DNA from: Octopus vulgaris
Lineage: Eukaryota
NCBI GenBank assembly: GCA_951406725.2
Contig: OX597824.1
Location: 77,128,001 to 77,192,000 of the forward strand
Direction of reading: 5' to 3'
DNA length: 64,000 nucleotides
Position numbers and translations under genes: made by a program. The notes under the pieces are model-generated. The model ran no database searches, had not been told where the DNA came from, and saw nothing but the letters and a program-made list of their open reading frames with translations. Positions 27,740 to 41,304 of this stretch are shown piece after piece. Every line of letters begins with the position of its first letter. Positions within the stretch are counted from its first letter, which is position 1.

Positions 27740-28136
27740 GTCATCATCATCAGCATCATCATCATCATCATCGTCATCGTCGTCATCGTCATCGTCATCG
27801 TCATCATCATCATCATCATCGTCGTCGTCGTCGTCATCAGCGTCAGCATCATCATCATCACAACTGTCTGTCACAACTTTTATCATTGTTTATCACTATT
27901 CAATGTCTGGTTCAAAACTTGTTATCAAATCTGCTCTCCAACCGTCAGTCAACCACTCCCATGCATGACCATCACCTCACAAAGCTGTCATTGTTTTCAT
28001 CACTATATCGCTGTCACTGATGTTTATTTTCACCTTTCCATGCTTTTTACTTGTATGGGTTTGTGTGTGTGTGGGTGTATGTTTATTCCTCATTAATAAC
28101 ATCATCTTCACTACTGCCACCACCACCACCACCACC

Positions 28137-28187
<51 letters not shown>

Positions 28188-28970
28188 GTCATCAAAATAA
28201 TATTTTCATCATCATCATCCTCACCATCATCTTCACCACCATTTTGTTGCTGTTGCTGTCGTTGTCATCATAATCATCATCATCTTCGTTGTCGTCATCA
28301 AAATAATGTCTTCAACATCATCATCGTCATCAAAATAATATTTTCATCATCATCATCCTCACCATCATCTTCACTGCCATTTTGTTGTTGTCTTCGTCCT
28401 TGTCATCATCATTATCATCATCCCAACCACCACCACCACCACCATCATGACCGTTGCCATTCTCCTCATTATCATTCTCATTCATCATCATTAGTGTCAT
28501 CATCCTCATCATCATCATCATCATCATCATCATCTTCACCAACATCAGCTCTATGATTTCGTCATTCTTGTCATCATCATCATCATCATCATCATGATAA
28601 CCACCACCAGTATCATCATCATAATCATCATCGCCATTACCACTCCAATCACCACCACCACCACCACACCACTAAATCCACTTCCATGATTACAGTCATC
28701 GCTACCATTAGAACAATTGCTACCACTGCAGCCTTTACTGCCACTATTACTTGCAATACCTTGACCATTACCCTCACCACTGCAGCAATCATCATTGCCA
28801 CTACAGCCATCACAACTGCAACTACAAGCAAAATTACAACTACTATGACTACAACTACCTTGACTACATTCACTACCACCACTGTCGGTACTACACCACT
28901 GCAAAAACAACAACATGGGCCAACCCCAATACCACCACCACCACCAGCATTGCCCCTACAACCATTATAA
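25290..28970. repeat. Degenerate (CAT)n/(CAC)n trinucleotide domain of about 3.7 kb
   Basis: Direct reading; gives poly-H/S/I/D/M pseudo-ORFs in all frames. Confidence 0.95.
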
Positions 28971-29143
28971 CAATGGCACAGTGGTTAGGGCAGCGGACTC
29001 ACGGTTGTAGGATCACGGTTTCGATTCCCAGACCGGGTGTTGTGAGTGTTTATTGAGTGAAAACACCTAAAGCTCCACGAGGCTCCGGCAGGGATGGTAG
29101 TGATTCCTGCTGTACTCTTTCACCACTGGGCCATTGCGCCTCC
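28971..29143 (+). mobile_element. SINE family D, partial
   Basis: tggcacagtgg...ggtttcgattccc head, homologous to 13759-14080. Confidence 0.8.
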
Positions 29144-29189
29144 AGTTCTATAGTGTATCATATCTGCTGAAACCCATAACTCTCTTAAT

Positions 29190-29515
29190 GCATCGCCTTA
29201 CTGGCACGAGAAAAACATTCGAGCAAGGTCATTGCCAGTGCTGCTGGAGTGACTCCTGTGCAGGTGGCACGTAAAAAATACCACTTCAGTGTGGCCATTG
29301 CCAGTACCGCCTGACTGGCACTCATGCCGGTGGCACGTAAAAGCACCCACGACACTCTCAGAGTGGTTGGCGTTAGGAAGGGCATCCAGCTGTAGAAACT
29401 CTGCCAGATCAGATTGGGGCTTGGTGCAGCCATCTGGTTCGCCAGTCCTCAGTCAAATCGTCCAACCCATGCTAGCATGGAGAGCGGACATTAAATGATA
29501 ATGATGATGATGATG
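29190..29515 (+). mobile_element. RTE-tail element family C, 5'-truncated
   Basis: Family C homology and (gat)n tail. Confidence 0.9.
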
Positions 29516-29589
29516 AAGTACCAGTTGAGCACTGGTTTCAAGCCTTGTGCCTATTGTAGAAAGAATTATTACCATTATTATTATTAGGG

Positions 29590-30603
29590 GGCCAGCTGGT
29601 AGAATTGTGAGAACATTGGCAAGAAAAAAGAAATGCCTTGTGGTATTTGTTCTAGCTCTTTATATTCTGAGCTCAATTCCCACCAAGGTCAACTTAGTCT
29701 GTCATCCCTTCAGGGTCAATAATATCATTCAAGTACTGGGGATCCAATGATATCACCTTACGCCCTCTCTTTTAAACAGTAGGACTTGTACCTAAATCAA
29801 AAAATGTTATTATTATTATTAGTGAGCTGGCAGAATTGTTAGCACAGTGGGTGAAATGCTTAGTGGTATTTCATCCGTCTTCACATTCTGAGTTCAAATT
29901 CCACCAAGGTTGACTTTGATTTTATCCTCTCAGGGTCGATTAAATAAATACTAGTTACGTCCTAGGGTCGATGTAATCAACTTACCCCTCCCCACAAATT
30001 CCAGGCCTTGTGCCTATAGTGGAAAGCATTATTATTATTATTATTATTATTGTTATTGTTATTATTATTACTGCGGTGGCGAGCTGGCAGAATCGTTAGC
30101 ACACCATGGCAAAATGCTCAGCATCATTTTGTCTGTCTTTACATCCTGAGTTCAAATTCCGCATACTTTTCGTCCTTTTCTGGGTCGATTAATACTAATA
30201 ATAATAATGTCCTTTTCTGGGTCGATAAAATAAGTACCAGTTAGTTGATCACTGGGGTTGGTGTAAACGATTTACCCCCACCCTGAAATTCCTGACCTTG
30301 TGCCAATATGTGAAACCATTATTATTGTTGTTGTTGTTGTTGTTGTTATTAGTGAGTTAACAGAATCATTAGCATGCTGAGTGAAATGCTTGGTGGCATT
30401 TCATCCATTTTCACATTTGTGAATTCAAATTCCACTGAGGTCACTTTTCTCTTTTGTCCTTTTTGGGGTCAAGAAAATAAATACCAGTGGAATACTGAGG
30501 TTAATAAAATTGATTCACATCATCCACCAAAATTGCTGGCCTTGTGCTAAAATTTTAAACAACTATTATTATTATTTTTATTATCATTAATATTATTATT
30601 ACT

Positions 30604-30644
<41 letters not shown>

Positions 30645-30879
30645 TATTATTATTATTATGAGTAGTAGTAGTAGTAGTAGTAGTATTTTATGTTTGACTT
30701 TTGCTTTACTTTTGTACAAGTTGGCTCCAAGTCTCACCCAGAGACCTCAAGAGACAACAAGTTGGAAGTTCATGCTGGTGTTATGCCTAGGGTTCCATAT
30801 ATTTGGTTTTGTACATAGTGTTGTTCTAAAAAATGTTTAAGAATTATTATTATTATTATTATTTTTCTTATTATTATTA

Positions 30880-30916
<37 letters not shown>

Positions 30917-30990
30917 CATTATTATTATTATTGTTATTATTATTATTGTTATTATTATTTTTATTATTATCATCATCATCATTATTATTA

Positions 30991-31027
<37 letters not shown>

Positions 31028-31031
31028 CATC

Positions 31032-31067
<36 letters not shown>

Positions 31068-31302
31068 TATTATTGTTGTTGTTGTTGTTGTTGTTGAGGC
31101 TGCAAGCTGGCAGACTTGTTTGCATGCCTGGAAAAATACTCATCAGCATTTAATCCATCTTCCCAATCTGAGTTCAAATTCCGCCAAGGTCCATTTTGCC
31201 TTTCATCCTTTAAGAGTCGATAAAATAAGTACCAGTTGGACACTGGGGGGTTGATGTAATCAGCTTATCCCCTCCACCAAAATTGCTGACCTTGTGCCCT
31301 AA
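29590..31302 (+). mobile_element. Cluster of five same-strand older SINE B copies separated by (ATT)/(GTT) tracts
   Basis: gagctggcagaat...gttcaaattcc...ggccttgtgcc units at about 29590, 29821, 30073, 30351 and 31098. Confidence 0.8.
30686..30842 (-). mobile_element. Possible R4/Dong-like retroelement 3' end in (TAA)n
   Basis: Short complex block inside ATT/AGT repeats; the minus strand gaggtctctgggtgagacttgga resembles Dong-type 3' UTRs from memory. Confidence 0.4.
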
Positions 31303-31656
31303 TTATTACTGATTTTCTTTTGGTTGGTTTACATGTTCTTCCAGTCAGATATTTATGATAAACAAGATTTCTTTCTTTATTATGGAGGATACACATTCTA
31401 AAAATAAGAAACACATTGTACTTGATAGATGATAAATCTGTCTTCGACACTTGGCATAGATCATCCATGCCCCTGCCCCCAGCACCCTCCATGTTGTTGA
31501 TAAAAAATTATTCATAGTTGATGCCGCCTGTCTCTAATAATAGCATTTAAAGTGCAAAACAGTCGACAGAGGTTTGATGTAATTCAAAACTGGTAGACTA
31601 ATCGACTGAGTCTTGCATTCCAGCTCGCAGTCAATAAACTGGTAATCACATACACA

Positions 31657-31688
<32 letters not shown>

Positions 31689-31754
31689 TGCATGCACATT
31701 TATAGACCTATATACACACATACATGCAAACACATACACACACATATATATATT

Positions 31755-31794
<40 letters not shown>

Positions 31795-31808
31795 CACAGG
31801 TTTTTATC

Positions 31809-31841
<33 letters not shown>

Positions 31842-31864
31842 CATTATTTCATATACAAACACGT

Positions 31865-32030
31865 CTTTTTCATTCTCTCTCTCCTTATTTCCTTTTATTC
31901 CTTTCTGATGAAGAGCATAGACTTGAAATGCAAAAGACTTTTTCATTTTCCCTGAGTGTCAAACTAATACATTTTCTTGTTGATCATACACCTGTCTTTG
32001 TCTTTTGTTTTTCTATATATTTCAACTATA
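31865..32030 (+). mobile_element. Family H1 hammerhead-like element
   Basis: cttt-ctgatga-agagcatagactt-gaaatgc-aaaag at 31901-31936: canonical CUGAUGA, decayed stems. Confidence 0.65.
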
Positions 32031-32100
32031 TATATATATATTTCGTTTTTGGATTTGGTTTGCAAGATTCTTTATATGAGTTCGTGTGTTGAAGCATATT

Positions 32101-32323
32101 CTGTTGTGTCTGGGGAGAGTCATTTTCTTTTTGTGCCTTATAATGTAACACACTCACTGGTGAAATTTCCACTATTTCTTATTTTTAATTTCCTAAAATT
32201 TTCGAAAATTTTACGAAAACGAAAATTTTAGGAAAATAAAAATAAAAATAAGAGGAAATTTCACCGGTGAGTGTGTTACATTATAAGGCACAAAAAGAAA
32301 ATGACTCTCCCCAGACACAACAG
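32101..32323. repeat. Fold-back inverted repeat of about 100-bp arms in TA context
   Basis: ctgttgtgtctggggagagtcattttc.../...gaaaatgactctccccagacacaacag. A single-arm relative lies at about 34832-34930. Confidence 0.9.
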
Positions 32324-32517
32324 TATATATATATAGTGAGAATTTACAAAAAAACAAATGACAAAACAGGTGTGTAAAATACATACATATATATATATAT
32401 CACGTGACCACGTGACCGACCAGACCATCAGATGTTGTTACACATCGCTGGTCACAATGCGTTCGCATTGTTTTAGCCTTCGAATAACGCCACCCTGCTG
32501 GCTAAGCGAGCAGGCCA

Positions 32518-32567
<50 letters not shown>

Positions 32568-32709
32568 GAGGCCAAGTATTTTCTTTATAGTAAAACCATT
32601 ATCCCTGTCCCTCTATCGTACTCTAACCTCTTGCTTGGCACATAGCCACACTCCTTCAGTTTCACTCCCTCTCTCAACTAAGAGGTCTTTGTCTTGCATC
32701 TTATTTGAT

Positions 32710-33004
32710 AACCTTGCTGGTGCCAGTGTCACATAAAAATCATCCATGCCAGTGCCACGTAAAGACTACCCATGCTGGTGCCACATAAAAAGCACCCATG
32801 CCTGTACCACATAAAAGTCATCTGTGGTGGTGTCACATTAAAAAAAACCCAGTAAACTCTGTCAAGTGGTCGGCATCAGGAAGGGCATCCAGCTGTTGAT
32901 ACCATGTCAAAACATACAGCTGGAACCTGGTGCAGCTCTCTCACTTGCCAATTCCTGTCGAACCATCTAACCCATACCAGCATGAAAAATGGACATTAAA
33001 TGAT
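32710..33004 (+). mobile_element. Family C, older copy
   Basis: gtgccacataaaaagcacc subunits, ggaagggcatccagctg and the gcatgaaaaatggacattaaatgat tail. Confidence 0.75.
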
Positions 33005-33359
33005 TTGGTACTAAACAATAATAGGAGCAGCAACAGCAGTAGCAGCAGCAGCAGCAACAACGATAGCAACAACAACAGTTAATGCACCTGCCCTCAACTA
33101 ACCTCCTTGGTAAATTTTTTATGTATTGTCATACAATTGATTAAAATATAAACTGAAATATTGATTAACCCCATAATTTACAAGATGACTGAAGGAAAAT
33201 TCTTCCCTCCTGGTGAGTGACCTGAATACTAAATAGAAAAACCGAATGAAATAAGGTCTTCCGTGTTAAAGGAGTGAATTAAAAATCTTCAATTAATAGA
33301 AATCACCCATTGCAATTAACAAGCAAAGAATACCTTTGGGGGTTCTTTAAAAGCTTAAA

Positions 33360-33390
<31 letters not shown>

Positions 33391-33556
33391 CACACACATA
33401 CTCATACAGTATGGGAAAACAAATGTTTAACGATGATTATCTTTTAGGAAATCTAAAATAGGAACAGTTCAGGTCTTTAAGCAAACTGTTGATAGTAACA
33501 AATATGTTAATACTATGAGCAATCAGAACACACACACATATGCACACAGACACACA

Positions 33557-33628
<72 letters not shown>

Positions 33629-33680
33629 ATATGGGAAAACAAATGTTTAACAATGATTATCTCTCTCTCTATATATATAT

Positions 33681-33749
<69 letters not shown>

Positions 33750-33752
33750 ATA

Positions 33753-33802
<50 letters not shown>

Positions 33803-33804
<2 letters not shown>

Positions 33805-34780
33805 CAGAACCACAAAAGTAATGTTGCACACATACTGAACAGAAACTAGTTTATTAACAGACTGCCATAGCATTGATTGAAGAGTGCTAATGAAGAAACC
33901 ATTCTTTCTTAATGATAAAACGTCATTTCCTGAAATATGTTTGACATCACATGGTGTCATGTGATGATGGAGTGTCCTAGATCCAAAGAGATGAATTCAA
34001 TATCTTGTGTGACCCCTGTTAGCATTGATTACTACCAGGCATCTTATGTACAGTGATTGCAACAAATGATTCATGAAAATCATGGGGATAGCAGCCCACA
34101 CTCTGTTAAAACCTGCAGTGAGTTGTGCCACATTTGTAAGCCTTGGATGGATGTTGTTTAGCCTTCTTTGGATTTTGTCCCACAGGTTCTCAATGGTGTC
34201 CAAGTCCCAACTTAGGGCAGGACATGACAGTGTCTTGATGTTGTGCTGTTGGGGGAAGTTTACTCTCAACCAGGCAGTATGGGCATGGGCTTTGTCGTGT
34301 TGGAACACGTGATTCTGATGATGGGCAAACTATGACACAATGTGAGGCCTCGAAACTTGATTGATGTAGCGAACAGCTGTTACTCCGTTGCCCCAGCCTT
34401 GGCCAATGTTTTGGAAACCATCAGTCCAAGATTCTGGTTGAGTGCAATCCTGTTCAGTACCATAATGTTCTGTCCTCCTCATACAATGAGGCACTGTCCT
34501 CCCCATGGGTCTTTTCCCACCACACACCCATTGGCATGTTATTCACCCCTTCTTCTCCAAACCCTAGCTCTGCCATCTGCCACAGAAATGCAATATCCAC
34601 TTTTGTCAGGGAAGACTACAGTCCTCCACTGCTGATATCACCAGTTCTGACGTTTTTGAGCCCACGGCAGGCATGCCCGTCAATGACAATCTGTGAGGAT
34701 GGGGCCCCTAGCCAGACATCGACAAGACAGATTGAAAGATCTCAGCTGGCTGCAAACTGTCTCTGCACAAGATGAGGACA
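33803..34780 (-). mobile_element. Tc1-family transposase pseudogene
   Basis: FQHDKAHAH...CPALSWDLDTIENLW...ANRGHTRY (ORF 33997-34308) matches the Tc1 FQQDNA.H, WP..SPDLNPIENLW and GGHT.Y motifs. Upstream part is frameshifted. Confidence 0.9.
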
Positions 34781-35254
34781 AATATCTGTCAAATGTAAAT
34801 AATATAAATAAAGAAAACAACAATATATTTATATTCTGTTGTGTCTAGGGAGAGTCATTCTCTTCTAGTGCCTTATAATTTAATACACTGACCAGTAAAA
34901 TTGCCTCACATTTTCTTCTTTATTTCCATTACATCTTGCAACCTTTCTGATAGTTTCCTCACCATCGCCTATCAACTGATGTTGGGTTGTTTACGTACCG
35001 TAACTTAGCAGTTCAGCGAAAGTGACCAATAGAATAAGTACTAGGCTTACAAAGAATAAGTCCCAGGGGCGATTTGTTCAACAAGAGGCAGTGCTACAGC
35101 ATGGCTGCAGTCAAGTGACCGAAAGCAGTAAAAGAATGAAAGAATATATATGTGTATGTGTACATGTGTGCACGCGTGCATGTGTGTGTGTGTATATATG
35201 TGTGTGTGTACATGGGTGCACGCGTGTGTGTGTGTGTGTATATATGTGTGTGTG

Positions 35255-35307
<53 letters not shown>

Positions 35308-35312
<5 letters not shown>

Positions 35313-35437
35313 TGCAGCGTGGAAGGTCTTTATAAGCCATTTAAGAAACACACAAAAGCCATTGAATGTTGAAGTGAATCTAATGGTTTTTGTGTGTTTC
35401 TTAAATGGCTTATAAACACCTTCCATGCTGCAATTGT
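35308..35437. repeat. Fold-back inverted repeat in (TA)n
   Basis: Arms of about 56 bp, acaattgcagcgtggaagg.../...ccttccatgctgcaattgt. Confidence 0.9.
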
Positions 35438-35493
35438 TTTTATTCCAGCACATGATCTCAGATCAGGTCACTTGCTATGCAAGTACATGTCTG

Positions 35494-35581
<88 letters not shown>

Positions 35582-37258
35582 ATATAGGAAAAGTAGTAAT
35601 GCTAATTATGAATGTCAATAATATGGTTGAAGGAAAAGCTTTTTGAGTGCATTCCACAAGTTATAACAGAATCACTCATATATGATACATTGAGATTAAA
35701 AAAGAATTTAGAAAAAAAAACACTGATTAAATGTTATTATCCATGCAATTAGTGGACAAAATTCACCCTTTCAAGGAATTTTGATAAAAATAACTAGCAA
35801 CATAGATAAATCTAATAGAATTGCATCATTGAAATTTTTTGAAGATATACCAAATTTTAATCATTGCAAAAATGATAAGCATGTCACTTGTTGTTGGTTC
35901 ACCATACAGTTGCAACAAGGAACAATTGCAGTGCAATAAATCATTGAGATAGGAAGAAGCAGGGTAAATAACACGACTGTCTTATGGAGAATGCCCAAGA
36001 AAAACAGAGGTTTATGTAATGGAATGATAAGCTTAGAATGACTTTTCTAAAATAAACACAGAGGTAAATATACACTAATCACAAACAAAAAAATATATAA
36101 ACACTCCTGATCAATGATGGTGAAATCTAATAGTTTAATATCTGAATGCCAGTGGTTATATCAACATGCTGTTTATTCTGTCTGCTGTAAAGTACCAACA
36201 ACAAAATCACTTCATTCTGAAGAAGGAAGCGTGAAAATTTAGAAATGTAAAGAATAGAGCTGGGAGCATTATATTTGTATAATGTATAAGTATAATACAT
36301 TATATGGAGTTAAATGCAGGTGTTATTCAAATTCTTTTACTTCCTACACATGTTTCGAAGATAATGTATATTTGTATAAGTAATAGTAAAGAACTTGTGA
36401 AAAAGGAAAAAACAAATGTTAATGAAGAGGATAAAAGAACGCCATCAGGTTTTTGCCTCTGTGTGTGTGTGTGTGTGTGCGTGTGTGTGTGTATATGAGA
36501 GTGTATCTATCTGCCCATCTACCCATCTGTTTACCCATACATATCTCCCTCTTTCTCTCTACTTATGCAAATGTATATGTGTGTGTGTCCACCCTTTTCT
36601 CGGTATTATGTGATGATTATAAATGAACATCCCCATCATAAACATAATACATAACATAGTATATAAACATAAACATTTCATATATTCATTTGACGATACA
36701 GTAAAATAGAATTCAAATCATGACAATGCATATTTTTTCTATTTAATCAGCAAAAGTTTCAAATGCTCCACATGAGTCATATATGTATCTGTGTGTGTGT
36801 GTGTGCACATTTGAATTTTGCTCAAGAGAGAAAAGTTCTCAAAAAAAGGCATTAAATGGTAATCATTTATTGTAGACCTGAGATTATTACAGATCACATA
36901 ACAAAATAATGGAATGTGAACTGCAGTATTGATGAAAAAAACAGTTAACGGGGTTGATTTGTTTGACTAAAAACCATCTTCACGAATGCTTTTCAGGAAT
37001 TGACATTTGGTGAATGAGAGAATTTGATGTAGCTGCTCTCATCTGCACCTCCTATATATATATATTATATGCAACATGCTTTTTTTCAGTTTCCATCTAC
37101 CAAATCCACTCACACGCCTTTGATTGGCCTGATACTATAATAGAATACACTTGTCCGAGGTGCCACACAGTGGGACTAAACCCAGAACCACATTGTTGGG
37201 AAGCAAGCTTCTTACCACGCATCCACACATCTGCCTATATATATATATATATATATAT

Positions 37259-37447
37259 AGGGAGAGTTTACGAAAAAAACAAAAGACAAAGACAGGTGGT
37301 GTACAAAACAAACAAATGTATTAGTATAACGCTCAGGAATAGAAAAAGTCTTTTACATTTTGAGCCTATACTCTTCTACAGAAGGGACACAGAAAAAAAC
37401 GAGGAGAGAAAAAAATGTGTGTAGTAGCTAACGATCTGTCATGGTGA

Positions 37448-37450
<3 letters not shown>
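37259..37450 (-). mobile_element. Family H1 element, decayed motif
   Basis: Homologous to 6695-6900 and flanked by (TA)n. Confidence 0.65.
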
Positions 37451-37490
<40 letters not shown>

Positions 37491-38095
37491 GAGAGTTATT
37501 TGTTCTTTCAATGCATTGGCCTGGGAGCAAAAGCAGACATAGAAGCCAGTTGTTAAATTATAAATTTATGGTGCTTCCTAACTAAATTATATATGCTAGG
37601 TTTCACATGAACACACAAACACATAACACACAACACATATGCACACACGTGTGTGAGTACATGTGCAATGTATACACATATGCCTGTATGTATATATATA
37701 TATATATATATGTATATATGATCATCTGTTCTCTGTTCTCATACATATGAAGTATTGACAGCTCATGCTGAATGGCAGTAAAAAACAGTAGTGTTTAAAT
37801 CTCATGATCAGCTAGAATGATCTTCAGTGCGGTGAAATAGTTATCGTAGGCCACACCTGGGTACTCATATACCAAATATTTCATGGTTATATTCTAATGT
37901 AGAACATAAATACTACCAGCTAGCTAAAAGGTTGAGAAAATGACTTAATATAACAATATTTGTTTATATCATTTTTTAGAAAATGGGAAATTCCTATTTA
38001 TATATTTTATCACTGACTGATTCAGAAGTGCAAAAGAATTGTACATATATAATTATACACACTCATCCTCATATGTGTGCATGTGTGTGTATTTG

Positions 38096-38124
<29 letters not shown>

Positions 38125-38127
<3 letters not shown>

Positions 38128-38492
38128 GCTGTGTGGTAAGTAGCTTTCTTATTAACCACATGGTTCCGGGTTCAGTCCCACTGCATGGCACCTTGGGCAA
38201 GTGTCTTCTACTATAGCCTCAGGTCGACCAAAGCCTTGTGAGTGGATTTGGTAGATGGAAACTGAAAGAAGCCCGTCGTATATATATGTTTGTGTGTCTG
38301 TGTTTGTCCCTCAACATTGCTTGACAACCAATGCTGGTGTGTTTACATCCCTGTAACTTAGCATTTCAGCATAAGGGCCCAATAGAATAAGTACTAGGCT
38401 TACAAAGAATAAGTCCTGGGGTCGATTTGCTCGACTAAGGGCGGTGCTCCTGCATGGCCCTAGTCAAATGACTGAAACAAGTAAAAGAAAGA
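38125..38492 (+). mobile_element. SINE family A
   Basis: tggctgtgtgg, ggttcagtccc, body and gaaacaagtaaaaga tail. Confidence 0.9.
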
Positions 38493-38522
38493 AACAAAGA
38501 TATATATATATATATATATGGG

Positions 38523-38806
38523 CAGGCTGGATTAAGTTCCCATAGAAGCCCTGAACACTTGAAAGATTGTGGTGCTTTCATCTATATGCAATTCAAAATA
38601 TAGACAATAATAAACCACAGTATAAATTTTTATTCTTCAAAATGAAGCATGATTAACATAGTAGAGATAAGAAATCCTGAACATCATTTTAGAAAGTTTA
38701 AGATGATTTCTTTTGTGTTGTAAACCATTTACTTTTTCTATGGTGCCCCACTTCTCTTACTGCCCTAAGCACATACTTATTTTGCCAAATGGTTAATCCA
38801 GCACTG
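38523..38806. mobile_element. hAT-like MITE
   Basis: Termini caggctggattaa ... ttaatccagcactg. Confidence 0.55.
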
Positions 38807-39509
38807 TTATGTGTATGTGTGTGTGTGTGTGATTATACATATGCACATGCAAGCACACACATATAGAGTTTGTTTTTACATCTGTTTTCCCATGGGTTAC
38901 AAGAATATATTATTGAGGCATCACTATCTACAGTTAGTTGTGAAACCCTGTGCACTGCTGTCACTAAACCTCACCTGTTTTTTCATGTAAGGGATCTCTT
39001 ATTCCACACACATTGAAAAGCATGAAGCTAGCTAACAATCTTTAGATATAGGAGAGAACAGCATTACTTCATGCAGTTCAGTGGTTTTCAGAGCAGTGCA
39101 AATGTAAATATGTACACAGATGCATGTATATGCATATACACAAATAAATACATACCCATAAACATATCATACAACCACAATAATATTTACACAGACACAT
39201 ACTTACATGCACAAAATGTATATCTACAATAGGCTTCATTCATGTTCTGCCTACTACATTCACTCACAAGCTGTTTGCCCACCCTGGGGCTATAGTAGAG
39301 GATGCTTGCCAAAAGTGCAGTGAGACTGAATCCCATGCCATATGGTTGAGAGTATACTATAAATGCATAAGACATGTAGTGGGTCCACAGGTAGGCTGAC
39401 AGCAAAGTTAATCTTTGGAGATATGCCTGCTCTACTGCACAAGAATAATTAGCTATAATAATACACACAAAATAATTCTTTTAAATTTCTGCTTGAAAAG
39501 CTCACAAAA

Positions 39510-40065
39510 AATAGTTGATAGCTTTTGTTACCTGGGTGCTATAATTAGAAGTGGAGGTGAGTGAACCAGAAGCATACCCAGCGTAAGAACAGAAAAAAAA
39601 GAGACATTTCAGGGAAGTAGTACTTCTAGCAAAGAAAATATTTGCCCTGTAAAGGGTGAATTGCATGATGCTTTTGTGTGAAATGTGATGGTGTATGACA
39701 ATGAGATATGGGCCTTAAATGCAAAGGATTTACAAGACTAGAAACAGGTGAATGAACATGCTTTGATGTATAATGTTAGAGTGCATGAAAGATGGAGTAC
39801 AAAATACATGTGCATGCAAGTAAGAAGACTGCGCTGATACAGATATGTGGATGATGACAGTTACTTGAAGATGTGCCAAGCACTCTTAGTGGATGGAATC
39901 TTCAGAAGAGGGAGACCTGTGAAGTTATAAGCAAAAGAATGAATGAAACTGATCTCGAGTCATGATCGAGATGACGAAGGACTGCGATAATTGGAGGCAT
40001 GCAAACTGGGGAAGACATACCAATGCATGCTAGCATGGTAAAACAAATAGTAATGTGATGATACT
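39510..40065 (+). mobile_element. Decayed RTE LINE 3' portion
   Basis: IVDSFCYLG...RGRP-like motifs, ending catgctagcatggtaaaac..gatgat, which is the family C tail. Confidence 0.7.
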
Positions 40066-40073
40066 GATAAGCC

Positions 40074-40295
40074 AGCGAGCTGGCAGAAATGTTAGTATGC
40101 TAGTTGAAATGCTTAGCATCATTTTGTCTCTCTGTACATTCTGAGTTCAAATTCCACCGAGGTCATCTTTGCCTTTCATAATTCTGGGTTTGATAAAATG
40201 AGTACCAGTTCAGCAGTGGAGTCGATGTAACAGCAGTGGGGTCGACTTAACCCCCTCCCCCGAAATTGCTGGCCTTGTGCCAAAATTTGAAACCA
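40074..40295 (+). mobile_element. SINE family B
   Basis: gcgagctggcagaa...gagttcaaattcc...ggccttgtgccaaaatttgaaacc. Confidence 0.85.
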
Positions 40296-41304
40296 GCATG
40301 ATGGTGCTGATGGAGGCAGAGAAATATTCACATTGATCTCTCACAAACCGTGCCTCAATTATTGTCTCAAGCTACTGAAACCCATTCCCCTTTTCTATAC
40401 TCTCTCACCTCCCTTTATTCCTCATGCACTTTCCTATCCCCTGTTTTATGCTGCCTGTAAAACGAAGAATGTTATGGGACCTGTACATATTCAAATTTCC
40501 CCTGATCATTGCCCTTATCACTGTACCATTTATTTTTCTCATTATGATAACTGCATATAATATAAAATTGCATCAGGTCTGTTTATATTAAACACATCCA
40601 GCCATCACCCACCTGTACAGTAAACCATCAATCCCTCTCCATCAAGTCACTCCTTATTGATATCCATCATTCATTCTTAACCATGCTCCAGCTCTACAAC
40701 AATCCATCAATCACTTACTCTCTCTCTTTCTCTTTTTCTCCCGTCTACAAACATGTAGCTGTCATCACTACCTCTCTCTCGTTAATTCCTGTCATTGCTG
40801 TCTCTCTCCCATTACTCCCTGACATATACTCTTCTCCCTCGAATCATACTGCTACTCACGCCATACTCCTGCTCCTTTCATCCTTTCACCCTTGCTAATC
40901 TTCTATCATCAGTCACACTTTCATCTGTTCATATTCCTGGGTGGCAGACTCCACCCTTAAGCATTCAGATTATTCCGTTAAATGTAATATTTAATTATTC
41001 AAATAATTTTGAATTAATCATGCGTCTTTTGATAGTTTTGTGCTTTCGATGATGTGATTGTTTATTTTTAGAATTACCATGTAGGACAGGTGTAAGAGGC
41101 CAGAGCTGATCAGTTTCACCATAATACAGGTAGCATGTTTGGGCCAGATTTGACCAGATTAAATGCTAAAGGATTAATCCAATGCTAATTCTAGCATTAC
41201 CACTGTCTTGTGTCTCACTGTGTATCAAGTAGTTGGTCAGTCTAAAGATAATGTTTCCCTTTATTTATATGTGTCGTTATGTATACTCTTACTCGTTACT
41301 CTTT

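Noticed and set aside
25771-28556. Poly-His/Asp/Ser ORFs as biomineralisation or structural proteins
   Set aside because: Open on both strands and in most frames, with no complex domain or convincing gene structure.
28971-29035. tRNA genes at SINE heads (also 5030, 14015 and 38125)
   Set aside because: They have A/B boxes but no complete cloverleaf and continue into SINE bodies.
21111-33930. Multi-exon minus-strand IL-17-receptor/SEFIR-like gene built from pieces near 33835-33930, 31333-31397 and 21111-21370
   Set aside because: The 33.9-kb piece lies in the 3' end of a Tc1 element, the splice phases need weak sites, and the last piece is explained at least as well as the antisense shadow of a hAT fossil.
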